A DNA stretch of 62,889 nt, filler included, from 3 parts of 3 records of this genome joined end to end with filler, not necessarily neighbours in it; one strand, 5' to 3'. Counted from the first letter of the whole stretch, positions 19,001-29,692 are shown. Numbers and translations: made by a program. Notes: generated from the sequence alone by a model not told the origin.

Positions 19001-20134
19001 GGTATAGCGACCTTCAAAGGGGATCCCGGCCTGAGTGAGCTCTAGCCCCAGAACCTGGCTCATGAAGCAGCTGCGTCGATCATAGCATGCCGCAACCGTC
19101 GGCACGTCGCGCAATTGGGCAATGCGGTGTTCCAGATCCTCGGTTGTCAGCGCGCGGAGGGGGATATTGATCGCCCCCGGCAAGTGACCCGTTTCGAAGT
19201 CACCGGGATAGCGCGTGTCCACGATCTGAAGCGCATCAGCGTTGATGAGCGATGTGAAGTCAGCCGTGCTGAGCAGCCGCGATTTGTTCGGGTATTCCGG
19301 AATTGCACGCAGATCCGACAGGCTTTGGACGCGACTGTCAGAGAAGGGGCGCCCCTCGACGATCCACTTTTCGATGCCACCGGAAATGAAGCGGCAATCT
19401 ATGCCCAGCTTGGCGAGTTCAGCGCATGTCTCTGAGCTTCGGTTGCCATTGTGGCAAAACAAAACCACCTGATCTCCGGGCGCGACGGGTGGCGATTGGC
19501 GGAAATCTGGAAAGCGCACATGCGTTGCCCCGGGCAGGGTGCCCATGGCATTTTCCGCTGTTTCGCGGATGTCGTAGAATTTTACGCGCCCTTGGCCCAG
19601 AAGTCTGGCCGCATCTGTTGTGGTGATACCCTGCGGATGGGTTTCCTGCGCGGTGTAGCTGGTTTCTTTGAGGGTTGCGTCCTTGATCTCCGTGCCATCA
19701 AATTGCGCGGGGCGGACAAGTGTCGCCTGCAAGCGCTGCAGCTCTACGGATTTGTGCTGTTGCCATTGCCAGTGATTGGCAAAGCCAAGCCCGACCGCAA
19801 GCAGGACGAGGGCGACGATCGTTTTTGCCGGATATCTGCGTTTGTCACGACGCGATTTCAAACCAAGTCGCGAGGCGATGATTGCACCGAATCCTGATAC
19901 GGTGGCCACGACCACGGCAAGAATCTGCGACAGTGATGAGACTGATCCTAAGACCAATTCCGGGGAGGGGATCGCATGGGCGGCAGGAGCGCTGATGAAA
20001 TAAATCATCGCAATTGTGGATAAACAAAAACAAATTTTAACCGACCGGGCGATACAAGGTGGCGAGTTTGGTGTAGTCACGAGTAGTCCTTCTGAACGGA
20101 ACGGGAACCCTGTAGCGGTTTTGAGATGCGTCAT
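16076..20134 (-). CDS. Multidomain membrane fusion: 2x rhodanese, YidC/Oxa1 insertase core, PEP/pyruvate-binding ATP-grasp, RPH-like central domain, phospho-His swivel domain
   Basis: Rhodanese motifs DIRE..GTLPGA..LFCHNGNRS and DTRYPGDFETGHLPGAINIP..ACYDRRSC. YidC-like SRVLVLPIALKS..KPALEELK..FY..FLWISDLGAPDP..GNLY. Dikinase GNKA..GFPVP, AVRSSA.NEDG..SFAGVF, VQEMI, GEDLVSG, PQDVEWA, LQSRDIT. C-terminal GGWLSHMAIVARE. The true start may be downstream of 20134. Confidence 0.9.
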   Translation of the reverse strand: MTHLKTATGFPFRSEGLLVTTPNSPPCIARSVKICFCLSTIAMIYFISAPAAHAIPSPELVLGSVSSLSQILAVVVATVSGFGAIIASRLGLKSRRDKRRYPAKTIVALVLLAVGLGFANHWQWQQHKSVELQRLQATLVRPAQFDGTEIKDATLKETSYTAQETHPQGITTTDAARLLGQGRVKFYDIRETAENAMGTLPGATHVRFPDFRQSPPVAPGDQVVLFCHNGNRSSETCAELAKLGIDCRFISGGIEKWIVEGRPFSDSRVQSLSDLRAIPEYPNKSRLLSTADFTSLINADALQIVDTRYPGDFETGHLPGAINIPLRALTTEDLEHRIAQLRDVPTVAACYDRRSCFMSQVLGLELTQAGIPFEGRYTVPWEYFVAPAPKPHVANWLSEQQTGLWDRAVQALSDALLWGHNRSHILVSLFVLALMSRVLVLPIALKSERDQITLRAHKPALEELKSRLAHDPMRKARAIRAFYANLGLTPMRNMAALLFLPVMMLGLQAAEHASGGIKEGFLWISDLGAPDPTWIAPVLTCLLAGIYLLLAIAKSRRSGILWVSLGVPALFVLTMGLSAAGNLYLCISLLGLLAQYLCVSGTWARSQKTLGALSRLPAGVVKLSNTPKLSTAGNKAYRLSQLAQAGFPVPKAVVLTTTFLTRFQNANARERDGLARRVWTYIEPLPCAVRSSASNEDGADQSFAGVFDSVLDVRQDTLRDAIDTVLASFTSERAGSYQAATAGHANILVQEMINATYAGVLFTQDPQAPGMMLMEWVEGCGEDLVSGRKTPGTARFGRISGYAAPEVQEPPFDVQALLKMGRSIEALFEQPQDVEWAWADGEFYILQSRDITTVSVGSPSDRASAEEWRHLFATQPTTDPEAIILEQDEMSEVLPRPTPLSFSLMGRLWAPGGSLDLASRALGLPYQLPEGENAHLVRLFGKTYVDTRLKKKLVMDLGGNRATRLRKQLRPTLDGFERQVLPALRDRVENWQAIRFDALSQPKLLAAITELQAYFVTDIYVEAEKINLLAAFAMQEATAAAQGDPALRSHLMQADLTYSPASLLAQCTGTEDEAQARALDLMGHRAMFDYELSTPRYLEAPGLLFSLLDASAAPLTPEQLPDNVPTELKQTIEMAIAFQDLKERVKHESLRVLAELRRALLALGAKSKLGTLVFHLTLDEVLQGDWDSPEALHDIAQARKTHDKLCHDQAPTAVQLSLLDCEQLSAGAPQILEDGALGGTCVAGSGTVTGQVFRVTDETAYGDAAFEGFTPGDILVCHMLNPAWLPQVQQAGAVVSVVGGWLSHMAIVAREKNILMLVGAQGVDGLSQGQTITVTDAGVISTEEDQARERSA

Positions 20135-20294
20135 AGAAACGTCGCATTCCTTTCCAGACGGTTAATTTTTGCGCGCTGCGGGTAAGTACCGTTTAATTTT
20201 CAATAAGTTTTCGGCTTAACTTTGGCATAGAGTTGGTTGGAAGCGGGCGCGCTGGGGTGGAAACTTGGTTACTGCGCTTAAAAAGGAGATTTCC

Positions 20295-21200
20295 ATGCCT
20301 TCGGTATGCTCAATTGACAGATCGCTCTTGGCTGAGCCGCTGGAGCGTTGCGGTTTGGTGAAACTCTTGCTGGTCATGGCGGTTGCATCTGTTACCGCGA
20401 TCATGACCACGGTGCCCGCTCGCGCTGGAATTGAGTTGGTGTTCGGGACCTATGCGGCGGACAAGCCCTCGGCGACAGTGCGAAAATACCGCCCCTTCCT
20501 GACGTTTCTTGAAACTCGAATGGAAGTTCTGCTCGACGATGAGGTGACGATCAGGCTGCGGATTTCAAAGGACTACGAAGCAAGCATAGATGATCTGGCT
20601 ACCGGTCGCGTGGACTTCGCACGTTTTGGGCCCGCATCCTATGTGCATGCGATGGATCGTAACTCCGGCATCTCGATCATCGCGATGGAGTCCAAAAAGG
20701 GCGAAAAGCGCTTTAAAGGTGTCATCGCAGTGCACAAGGATAGCGAGATCGAGGGCGTCGAAGATCTGGCTGGCTTGTCCTTTGCATTTGGGGATGAGCT
20801 CTCGACGATTGGTCGATACCTGGCTCAGACCTACCTTTTAGATGCAGGTATTTCGGCTGATGAGTTGCACGGCTATGAGTATTTGGGACGCCATGACTTG
20901 GTCGGTGAAGCGGTAGGCGCCGGAAAGTTCAGTGCCGGAGCTCTCAAGGAAAGCACCTTCAAGGAGCTGGTTGCAAAAGGGGTCCCCATCCGAGCGCTCG
21001 TGTCCTTTGAAAATGTGACCAAGCCCTGGCTCGCGCGATCTGAGCTGGACCGGCGGGTGTTTGAGGCGATGCAGCATGTCATGTTGTCGGCTCACAACGA
21101 AGAAATTGTAAAGCGTGTGGCAAAGAACGGTTTTTTGGCCGGCTTCGATGCAGACTACGACTTTGTGCGACGCGCCATGAAACGGAGTCGTGACTTTTGA
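20295..21200 (+). CDS. PhnD/SsuA-fold periplasmic substrate-binding protein with no adjacent permease
   Basis: Hydrophobic signal ending [42 protein letters not shown] precedes ATG 20295; a later GTG start is possible. Confidence 0.85.
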   Translation: MPSVCSIDRSLLAEPLERCGLVKLLLVMAVASVTAIMTTVPARAGIELVFGTYAADKPSATVRKYRPFLTFLETRMEVLLDDEVTIRLRISKDYEASIDDLATGRVDFARFGPASYVHAMDRNSGISIIAMESKKGEKRFKGVIAVHKDSEIEGVEDLAGLSFAFGDELSTIGRYLAQTYLLDAGISADELHGYEYLGRHDLVGEAVGAGKFSAGALKESTFKELVAKGVPIRALVSFENVTKPWLARSELDRRVFEAMQHVMLSAHNEEIVKRVAKNGFLAGFDADYDFVRRAMKRSRDF

Positions 21201-23515
21201 AGGCACCCCTTCGAAAACTCCTGCAACGAACCGGGATTCTGTCCCAGATCGTCGTGTCCATGTCTCTGGCTGCGCTGCTCGTCGTGGTGGCAGTTGGTGG
21301 TGTGGCCCGCCGCTATGAGGTGCAGCGGGTCAGTGACCAGTTGGGAGAGCAAGCCAATCTGACAGTTTCGTTGCTGAGTGGTTTGATGCTTGAGGCGATC
21401 ATCGTCGAGGACGTTCCGGTGTTGGAGACCGGGCTGATCGAAGCGATCACCCGGTATCCTAAAATTCTGTCGATCCATATCGAGAATGGCGAAGGGGAAA
21501 CGATTGCCGAGGCTTCGAATGATGTGGCGGAACACGCCGAAGATTACGTCATGTATCGCCGCCCGGTGGAGTTCGAGGGCTTCGTATTTGGCACCATGAT
21601 TGTTCAGTGGTCGACCGAAGAGGGGCAGGAAATCGTGTTGGACAAGGTGCGCCAGACGATTACCTGGACCGTTCTGGCCGTTGTCACGATGTCCATGCTG
21701 ATGCTCTATTTGGTGTACCGGCTTGCGCTCAATCCTTTGCATGTGGTGCATGCGCGGATGTCGAATGCGGTTGCGGGGGCGAAGACGGGGCATGTGCTAT
21801 TGCCGTGGTACGCAAGCCGTGAGTTCCAGGCTTTGAACGTTTCTGTTGGTGTTTTGGAAGACAGTTTTGCTGAACGCGATGAACGCGAAGAGGCCCTTGA
21901 ACGGGCACGCGAACAGGCCGAAATTGCCAGCCGGGCGAAGTCAGAATTTCTTGCAAATATGAGCCATGAAATCCGCACCCCTATGAATGGTGTTATCGGT
22001 ATGGCCGAAGTCCTGCGCGAGACCGATCTGACGTCGGATCAGGAGATGTATACCGAAACGATCGTTAAGTCAGGGAACGCCCTGCTGACGATTATCAATG
22101 ATATCCTCAATTTTTCTAAAATTGAGGCGGGCAAACTGGAGCTGAACCAGACCACGTTCAACCTGCGCACGGTGATTGAGGATGTCGTTACGCTGCTCGC
22201 GCCGAAGGCTGCGGAAAAATGGGTCCAACTCACCCTGCGTTTCGATCCCGATCTTCCCGAATTCTATGAGGGGGATGCAGGACGCATTCGTCAGATCATC
22301 ACGAATGTGGTTGGCAATGCGGTCAAATTTACGTCCCAGGGATCAGTGCATATCGATGTAACGGGCACGATGCGAGACCAAGATATGGATCTGCGTATCT
22401 CTGTGGTGGATACCGGCATCGGTATTCCTGCGGAAAAACTCGACCGGATTTTTCATGCATTTGAGCAAGCCGACGGGGCCGCCACGCGGAGTTTCGAGGG
22501 CACTGGTCTTGGCCTGGCGATTTCCACGCGCCTGCTGCAACTCATGCAGGGGCGTATCCATGTCACGTCGAGCGAGGGAAGAGGATCGGTCTTCGCCATC
22601 GATATTCGGCTGCCAACGAGCGACCGTGCTCCGGTAGTATTTCTCCCGGAGCAGCCCGTGTCGGGATTGCATGCCCTTGTCGTTGACGACCTTGAATTGA
22701 ACCGCAAAATTCTCGGGGAACGGCTGCGATCCTGGGGATTGCGCGTGACTGAAGCTGGTTCGGCGATGGAGACGATGCTGTGTCTGGACGAAATGCGAGA
22801 TGCCGCTGAGGTCTGCGATCTCATATTCCTTGATTTCAACATGCCGGACTGTGACGGATATGAACTTGCCCTGCGCATCCGGGACTTGCCTCATCTTGAA
22901 CAGGTCCCGATTATTGTCATTTCGTCTGTCGACCCGGCCTTTTCGCAAGCTATGCTGGCCGAAATCGGATCATGCCGGCAGGTGCTAAAACCCGTGCGTG
23001 CGGATCAGCTGCGTACCGTTGTGAGTTATGCGTTGGGTGCAGAGAGCGGAGACAGCATCGACGCGTCGAGCAAAGACGGTGCGATCACCATTAAGCAGAG
23101 GCTGAAGCTATTGATGGCTGAGGACAATCGCACCAATCAAGTGGTTGTCAGTCGGATGCTGCGAACCGAAAATGTCGAGATCACCATCGCTGCAAATGGT
23201 CAGGAGGCCGTGGATCTATATCGTCAGGTACAGCCAGATCTTGTTCTGATGGATATGATGATGCCGGTGAAAGATGGCCTCGAGGCGACAGAAGAAATCC
23301 GGCGCCATGAGGCAAACAACCACCTGAAAAGAGTGCCCATTGTCGCATTGACGGCGAATGCACTGAAGAGTCACGAGACTGCTTGCCTGGAAGTTGGCAT
23401 GGACGACTTCCTCAGCAAGCCAATTCGAAAGCAGGCGTTGCTGGAGACTTTGCATAAATGGTCACGCGTGGATGTGCTCGCGACCGATGCGACGCCCAAA
23501 CAGCTGAACGCTTGA
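21197..23515 (+). CDS. Hybrid sensor histidine kinase (2 TM, HisKA, HATPase, two receiver domains; BarA/GacS-like class)
   Basis: [40 protein letters not shown]; receivers LVVDD..LDFNMP and MAEDN..MDMMMP; TTGA overlap with the upstream binding-protein gene. Confidence 0.95.
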   Translation: MKAPLRKLLQRTGILSQIVVSMSLAALLVVVAVGGVARRYEVQRVSDQLGEQANLTVSLLSGLMLEAIIVEDVPVLETGLIEAITRYPKILSIHIENGEGETIAEASNDVAEHAEDYVMYRRPVEFEGFVFGTMIVQWSTEEGQEIVLDKVRQTITWTVLAVVTMSMLMLYLVYRLALNPLHVVHARMSNAVAGAKTGHVLLPWYASREFQALNVSVGVLEDSFAERDEREEALERAREQAEIASRAKSEFLANMSHEIRTPMNGVIGMAEVLRETDLTSDQEMYTETIVKSGNALLTIINDILNFSKIEAGKLELNQTTFNLRTVIEDVVTLLAPKAAEKWVQLTLRFDPDLPEFYEGDAGRIRQIITNVVGNAVKFTSQGSVHIDVTGTMRDQDMDLRISVVDTGIGIPAEKLDRIFHAFEQADGAATRSFEGTGLGLAISTRLLQLMQGRIHVTSSEGRGSVFAIDIRLPTSDRAPVVFLPEQPVSGLHALVVDDLELNRKILGERLRSWGLRVTEAGSAMETMLCLDEMRDAAEVCDLIFLDFNMPDCDGYELALRIRDLPHLEQVPIIVISSVDPAFSQAMLAEIGSCRQVLKPVRADQLRTVVSYALGAESGDSIDASSKDGAITIKQRLKLLMAEDNRTNQVVVSRMLRTENVEITIAANGQEAVDLYRQVQPDLVLMDMMMPVKDGLEATEEIRRHEANNHLKRVPIVALTANALKSHETACLEVGMDDFLSKPIRKQALLETLHKWSRVDVLATDATPKQLNA

Positions 23516-23530
23516 TCCATTTGATGCGTG

Positions 23531-24337
23531 TCAGTTGCGCCAGACCTTGGCGACGAGGGCCAAGAGGCTTGCACCAATAAACAAGCCCGTGCCCGTGCTG
23601 ACGATCGTCGGGCCGGTTGGTGTGTCCATGTTGAACGATAGATACATGCCTGCGATCACTGACATACATCCGATCAATGTCGCAAAAAAGGCCATGCGCT
23701 CCGGGGTTGTTGAAAAGCTTCGCGCCGTCGCAGCGGGTATGAGCAGCATTGCCGCGATCAACAGCACGCCAACAACCTTGATCGCGACGGCGACGACGAT
23801 GGCAAGGGCAAGAGTCAGCACCAGCTGTTCGCGTTGTGGTGAAATACCCGAAGCGCGTGCAAGTTCAGGGTTCAGTGTCGCAGTCAGCAAGGATGACCAA
23901 CGCCACCACAACAAAATCAAAACCAGCAATGCGCCGGACCAGACGACGGCAAGGTCACCTCGTGATACGGCGAGGATGTCCCCGAACAGATAGGCCATCA
24001 GGTCCACGCGGACGCCCTGCAGGAAAGACACGGCCACCAGGCCAAAGGCCAGCGCACTGTGTGCGAGAACACCCAGTAACGTATCCATGGCATAGCCGCG
24101 CCCGCTGAGAACTGAGATCGTTCCGGCCATCAGCAGGGCCGTGACCAGAACGCCCCCGAAGATCGAAACATCAAAGCTCAGGGCGAGGGCGACGCCGAGA
24201 ATGGAGGCATGCGCGGTCGCGTCGCCGAAATAAGCCATGCGCCGCCAGACGACGAAGCAGCCCAGAGGCGCGGCCGCAAGTGCAACACCAATGCCGGCCA
24301 GCGCGGCACGCACCATGAAGTCATCCAGAATAGTCAT
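23531..24337 (-). CDS. znuB: Zinc ABC transporter permease
   Basis: GCFVVWRRMAYFGDATAH, YLFGDIL, KVVGVLLIAAMLLIPAA. Confidence 0.95.
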   Translation of the reverse strand: MTILDDFMVRAALAGIGVALAAAPLGCFVVWRRMAYFGDATAHASILGVALALSFDVSIFGGVLVTALLMAGTISVLSGRGYAMDTLLGVLAHSALAFGLVAVSFLQGVRVDLMAYLFGDILAVSRGDLAVVWSGALLVLILLWWRWSSLLTATLNPELARASGISPQREQLVLTLALAIVVAVAIKVVGVLLIAAMLLIPAATARSFSTTPERMAFFATLIGCMSVIAGMYLSFNMDTPTGPTIVSTGTGLFIGASLLALVAKVWRN

Positions 24338-24342
24338 GAATA

Positions 24343-25089
24343 TCAGTGCCTGTGTTCCGGTTCAGCATGATCATGCGCGCAATCATGGCTATGGTCATGC
24401 TCGTGTCGATAAAGCGCCAAAGTGCCATGGGTTCCGGTCCCGAACAGCGCTTGGTATTCGGGCGCGCTGGCGACCTGTGCGGGCTCCCCTTCACAGCAGA
24501 TATGCCCATTCAGACAGATCACGCGATCCGAGGCCGCCATGACCACATGCAATTCGTGGCTGACCATCAATATCGCGCACCCGAGTTCTGTGCGTACGGT
24601 TTCGATCTTTTGGTAGAAGGCAGCGGAGCCGGGTTGGTCCAGCCCCTGCGTCGCCTCGTCCAGGATGAGTAGGTCTGGTTTGGATAGTAATGCGCGCGCG
24701 AGCAGAACGCGTTGCATCTGACCTCCCGAAAGCCCGGTCATCTGGCGATTGATAAGCCCCGGAACGCCGGCATCCGTGAGGGCGGCCTTTGCGGCGCTAT
24801 CGCTGATCCGCACTGGCAGGTTGAGAAAGCGTTTTACGGTCAACGGCAAGGTGGGGTCGATATGCAACTTTTGCGGCACGTAGCCAATACGGAGGCCCTC
24901 GGCCCGCTCAAGGGTGCCGTCGCTCAGGGGAAGAGCGCCAATGATGGCACGCAGCAAGGTCGACTTCCCCGATCCATTGGGCCCCAGAATGGTGACGATC
25001 TCACCCTTGTCGATGTGAAAGGCGATATTGTCGAGCGCCGGTGTGCCGCTATGTCGGATTGTCGCGTTCTTCAGAGTGACCAGTCGCAT
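24343..25089 (-). CDS. znuC: Zinc ABC transporter ATP-binding protein
   Basis: GPNGSGKST, LSGGQMQR, CLNGHICCEG and a His-rich C-terminus; start adjusted to ATG 25089. Confidence 0.95.
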   Translation of the reverse strand: MRLVTLKNATIRHSGTPALDNIAFHIDKGEIVTILGPNGSGKSTLLRAIIGALPLSDGTLERAEGLRIGYVPQKLHIDPTLPLTVKRFLNLPVRISDSAAKAALTDAGVPGLINRQMTGLSGGQMQRVLLARALLSKPDLLILDEATQGLDQPGSAAFYQKIETVRTELGCAILMVSHELHVVMAASDRVICLNGHICCEGEPAQVASAPEYQALFGTGTHGTLALYRHEHDHSHDCAHDHAEPEHRH

Positions 25090-25094
25090 ATCGC

Positions 25095-25565
25095 TCAGCC
25101 CTGGCATTTGGGACAGAGCCCTTCCGCTTCGACCACGGTGCGTTCGATCAGGAACCCGGCGGCCCGCGCAGCATCGCCCAACTGCCCCTGCATCGGTTCG
25201 CGGTGCGCTTCGGCGACGCTGTCGCATTCGCGGCAGATCATGAAAACCGGGGTATGGGTTTCGCCGGGATGCATACATGCAATGAACGCATTGAGGCGTT
25301 CAATCTTGTGGACGAACCCATGTTTCACCAGAAAATCCAATGCGCGATAGGCGACTGGGGGCTGTGAGCCAAGGCCTTCGCGTCGAAGATAATCGAGGAT
25401 TTCATATGCGCCGAGTGCGCGATGTTGCTGCAGCAAAATCTCCAGAACCCGGCGGCGGACCGGCGTGAACTGCAGGCGGTTGGCTTTGCAGAAGGTCTCA
25501 ACCGTTTCCAGCCCTCCCGAAATGCAGCGGGTATGGTCGTGAGAGGCAAAGCCAATACTGTCCAT
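25095..25565 (-). CDS. zur: Zinc uptake regulator (Fur family)
   Basis: TPVRRRVLE, GAYEIL, PPVAYRALDFL, two CxxC motifs; located within the znu locus. Confidence 0.93.
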   Translation of the reverse strand: MDSIGFASHDHTRCISGGLETVETFCKANRLQFTPVRRRVLEILLQQHRALGAYEILDYLRREGLGSQPPVAYRALDFLVKHGFVHKIERLNAFIACMHPGETHTPVFMICRECDSVAEAHREPMQGQLGDAARAAGFLIERTVVEAEGLCPKCQG

Positions 25566-25603
25566 GAGAGCTCCTCGGGGTTGGCGTGATTTTCGATTGA
25601 TAT

Positions 25604-25649
25604 GTTACAACATGACGTTTATCAAGCCAAATGAACGTTATGATATAAC
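25604..25649. promoter_or_regulatory. Two Zur boxes in the zur/znuA divergent promoter
   Basis: Perfect GTTAT-GAT-ATAAC at 25637-25649 and degenerate GTTAC-AAC-ATGAC at 25604-25616, matching the proteobacterial Zur core GTTAT-N3-ATAAC. Confidence 0.8.
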
Positions 25650-25668
25650 AACCCATTCTGGAGCTCAC

Positions 25669-26065
25669 ATGTTCACTCGATCCCTCTTGCCCGCCGTCCT
25701 GCTGGGCGTTTCTGCAGTGCCAACCTTTGCCGACGCGCCGCGTGTTGTGACTGACATCGCTCCGGTGCAGGGACTGGTGGCGCGTGTCATGGCGGGTGTT
25801 GGAGAACCCGACGTTTTGGTGCCGCCGGGTGCCTCGCCGCATGGGTACAGTCTGCGCCCGTCGGATGCGCGCGCGTTGTCTTCGTCTGATGCGGTGTTCT
25901 GGATTGGTGATGAGCTGGAGCCCTGGCTTGCTGATTCCCTCAGCGAATTGGCGGCAGAGGCAACGATCGTTGCGTTGCTCGACGCACCGGGCACAACCCG
26001 GCTGGACTTTCGCGAGGGCGTTGTGTTCGCTCAAAGCGACCACGACCACGACCACGACCACGACC
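25669..26065 (+). CDS. znuA: Zinc ABC transporter substrate-binding protein, truncated at the contig end
   Basis: VVTDIAPV, PPGASPHGYSLRPSDA, WIGDELE; the sequence breaks inside the His/Asp loop. Confidence 0.93.
26038..26065 (+). repeat. (GACCAC)n tandem repeat encoding the ZnuA Asp-His loop
   Basis: gaccacgaccacgaccacgaccacgacc running into the gap; a likely cause of the assembly break. Confidence 0.85.
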
Positions 26066-26165
26066 NNNNNNNNNNNNNNNNNNNNNNNNNNNNNNNNNNN
26101 NNNNNNNNNTTAATTAATTAANNNNNNNNNNNNNNNNNNNNNNNNNNNNNNNNNNNNNNNNNNNN
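26066..26165. other. Artificial contig-joining spacer
   Basis: N44-TTAATTAATTAA-N44 (stop codons in all six frames); genes are cut on both sides. Confidence 0.98.
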
Positions 26166-27677
<1,512 letters not shown>

Positions 27678-27690
27678 GTTTACGCCGCCT

Positions 27691-28629
27691 CTAGGCGAAC
27701 GTATCGTCCATCGCGTTTGGATCTGCCCAATTCGGATCGGTCTTCGCAGCCAGTGCTGCGGGGCCGCCGAAGACATGCATCATGCCGCCTGCGAATGCCA
27801 AGTAGACCAGACCGAAGATGATCGCCGGAATGATAAACGCCGGTGAGGCGAACGCCGCCAACACAACCGCTGGATCATCCGAACCGCTCTGGAAGGCAGG
27901 CATCAGCGCCAGCATCGCCATTACCGCAAAAACCAAATACAGCGCCATGATGATTGCCATCATGATCAGCGCGAGAACAAGCCAGCTGCCGATCAGTGTC
28001 CAGACTTTACCCTTTGTGACACGCCAGGCGCTGCCGAAACGGATCTTGCGATCGCGGATCGTCATCGCGCCCGCAGGAGAGAAGCGCACCACGATCCAGA
28101 TCGCCGCCACAAAATACGCGATGAACAGAACGAAAGTCAGAAGCCCCGCTATGATCGCGCCGTCACTGCCCAGGACCGCGCCAATCGTAATCGGCACAAT
28201 CATCAGCAGGAACATGACAATGTAGAGCGCGATTATCAGGCCCAGCCAGAACAGGCCTACCATCAACAGCCGCCCCTCGTCGCCACCGAGCTTCAAGCCA
28301 AACCCTTCGGCACGCATATAGCGCCGTTGACTGGCCGCTTCGAACAGAACCCACATCAGGATGCCGAACACGAACGAAACAAGGTATCCCAGAAGCACCC
28401 GCCCCATGTTTTCCAGCATGACCTGGTCCATCACGTCTGGGTCTTCCATCACAATGGGATTGAACGCCGCCGCATAGATTGGGGCCATCAGATAGAGGCT
28501 CAGCCCCTGAACAATGATGGCGAAAAGGGCATAGGTCAGTGCGAACTTCCACAGAAAGCCTTTCGGCCCGCCGGTTTTCTGAAAATGCCCCACGGCATTT
28601 CCAAACGAGAATTCCAATCGGTTCATCAA
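27691..28629 (-). CDS. Uncharacterised polytopic membrane protein
   Basis: About 6 hydrophobic segments; paralogous to 28642-29625. Confidence 0.85.
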   Translation of the reverse strand: MMNRLEFSFGNAVGHFQKTGGPKGFLWKFALTYALFAIIVQGLSLYLMAPIYAAAFNPIVMEDPDVMDQVMLENMGRVLLGYLVSFVFGILMWVLFEAASQRRYMRAEGFGLKLGGDEGRLLMVGLFWLGLIIALYIVMFLLMIVPITIGAVLGSDGAIIAGLLTFVLFIAYFVAAIWIVVRFSPAGAMTIRDRKIRFGSAWRVTKGKVWTLIGSWLVLALIMMAIIMALYLVFAVMAMLALMPAFQSGSDDPAVVLAAFASPAFIIPAIIFGLVYLAFAGGMMHVFGGPAALAAKTDPNWADPNAMDDTFA

Positions 28630-28641
28630 CTTACCCTCCCG

Positions 28642-29625
28642 CTAATTGAATACGTCTGCCTGTGATGCGTTGTCGACACCCCCGCGTGGGTCGTGACGCG
28701 CCGCCAGCGCTGCTGGCCCGCCTGCCACGTGCATCAACAGACCAGACAGGAAGAGGCGGATCAGGAAGTAAACCGCCAACACGACCAGAACGCCCCCGCT
28801 CGTGAAAACACGCAGAAAATCCTCGCCCGTCTCGGCATCACCCAGCGCAGGCGTCAGCACGCCGATCAGGCCAAACTCGAGTATTTGCTCTGCGATGCTG
28901 ACCACGATGCCGCCCACAATCGTGATAATCACATAGGCTCCAAGGATTGGCCAAAACCGTCCACGCGACACGTTCCACGCATCAAGGAACCGGAACTCAC
29001 GGTCCTTGATGGTCAGCGCAAAACATGGTGCCAGGCGGGTCGCGAAAAAGATGTAGACAAGAAAGAGCAGGAACCAGACGCCCAGCGCGCCAAAGATCGA
29101 GCCTATGATGCTTCTCGCAATCTCGTCTTCCGATGCACCGGAATCGATCAGATCAAAGATGCCCATGATTGATCCAAAGATCATGAAAAGGGGCAACAGG
29201 GTAAAGACGGCTTGCAACACGGCCCAGCAGAAACCGACGCCCATCATGCGTAATTCATCGCCGCCAAAACCGAGCGAAAAGCCCTCATCCCGAATATAGC
29301 GACGCTGCGATGCCGATTCGAATACTGCCCAGATGACCCAGCTGCCCAGCATGGCGAACACGCCCCAGCCGATGAGCGGCTCGAACGCGCCCAGAACCAG
29401 AGAGATCAAGACCCGCGGGTCGTCATCGTCAAATCCAGCCTGATCCAGCGCCTCGAATGCGGAAATCACTTCCCTCGCATCTCCGCTGGCGAGCAGCATG
29501 ATGAGCAACAAGAACGCAGTGAACACGCCTGCGAACGCCGCCGAAAAGATCCACGGAAAGCTCCGCACATGCGGCGCACGGAACGCGAACATAAGCGCCC
29601 CATCAAACGAAAACCGGCTTTGCAT
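28642..29625 (-). CDS. Uncharacterised polytopic membrane protein (tandem paralogue)
   Basis: Shares FE.ASQRRY.R.EGF.L..GGDE.R and TI.DR..RF..AW.V..G..W and H..GGPAALAA..DP with the adjacent gene. Confidence 0.85.
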   Translation of the reverse strand: MQSRFSFDGALMFAFRAPHVRSFPWIFSAAFAGVFTAFLLLIMLLASGDAREVISAFEALDQAGFDDDDPRVLISLVLGAFEPLIGWGVFAMLGSWVIWAVFESASQRRYIRDEGFSLGFGGDELRMMGVGFCWAVLQAVFTLLPLFMIFGSIMGIFDLIDSGASEDEIARSIIGSIFGALGVWFLLFLVYIFFATRLAPCFALTIKDREFRFLDAWNVSRGRFWPILGAYVIITIVGGIVVSIAEQILEFGLIGVLTPALGDAETGEDFLRVFTSGGVLVVLAVYFLIRLFLSGLLMHVAGGPAALAARHDPRGGVDNASQADVFN

Positions 29626-29692
29626 AAGGTGTCATACCCCCCTGAACGACCATTCCTGTCGCACGATAGGGCGATTTATATGACAGGCGCAA

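Noticed and set aside
26110-26121. TTAATTAATTAA palindrome inside N-runs (repeated at 49511-49522)
   Set aside because: Synthetic six-frame-stop linker between contigs, not biological.
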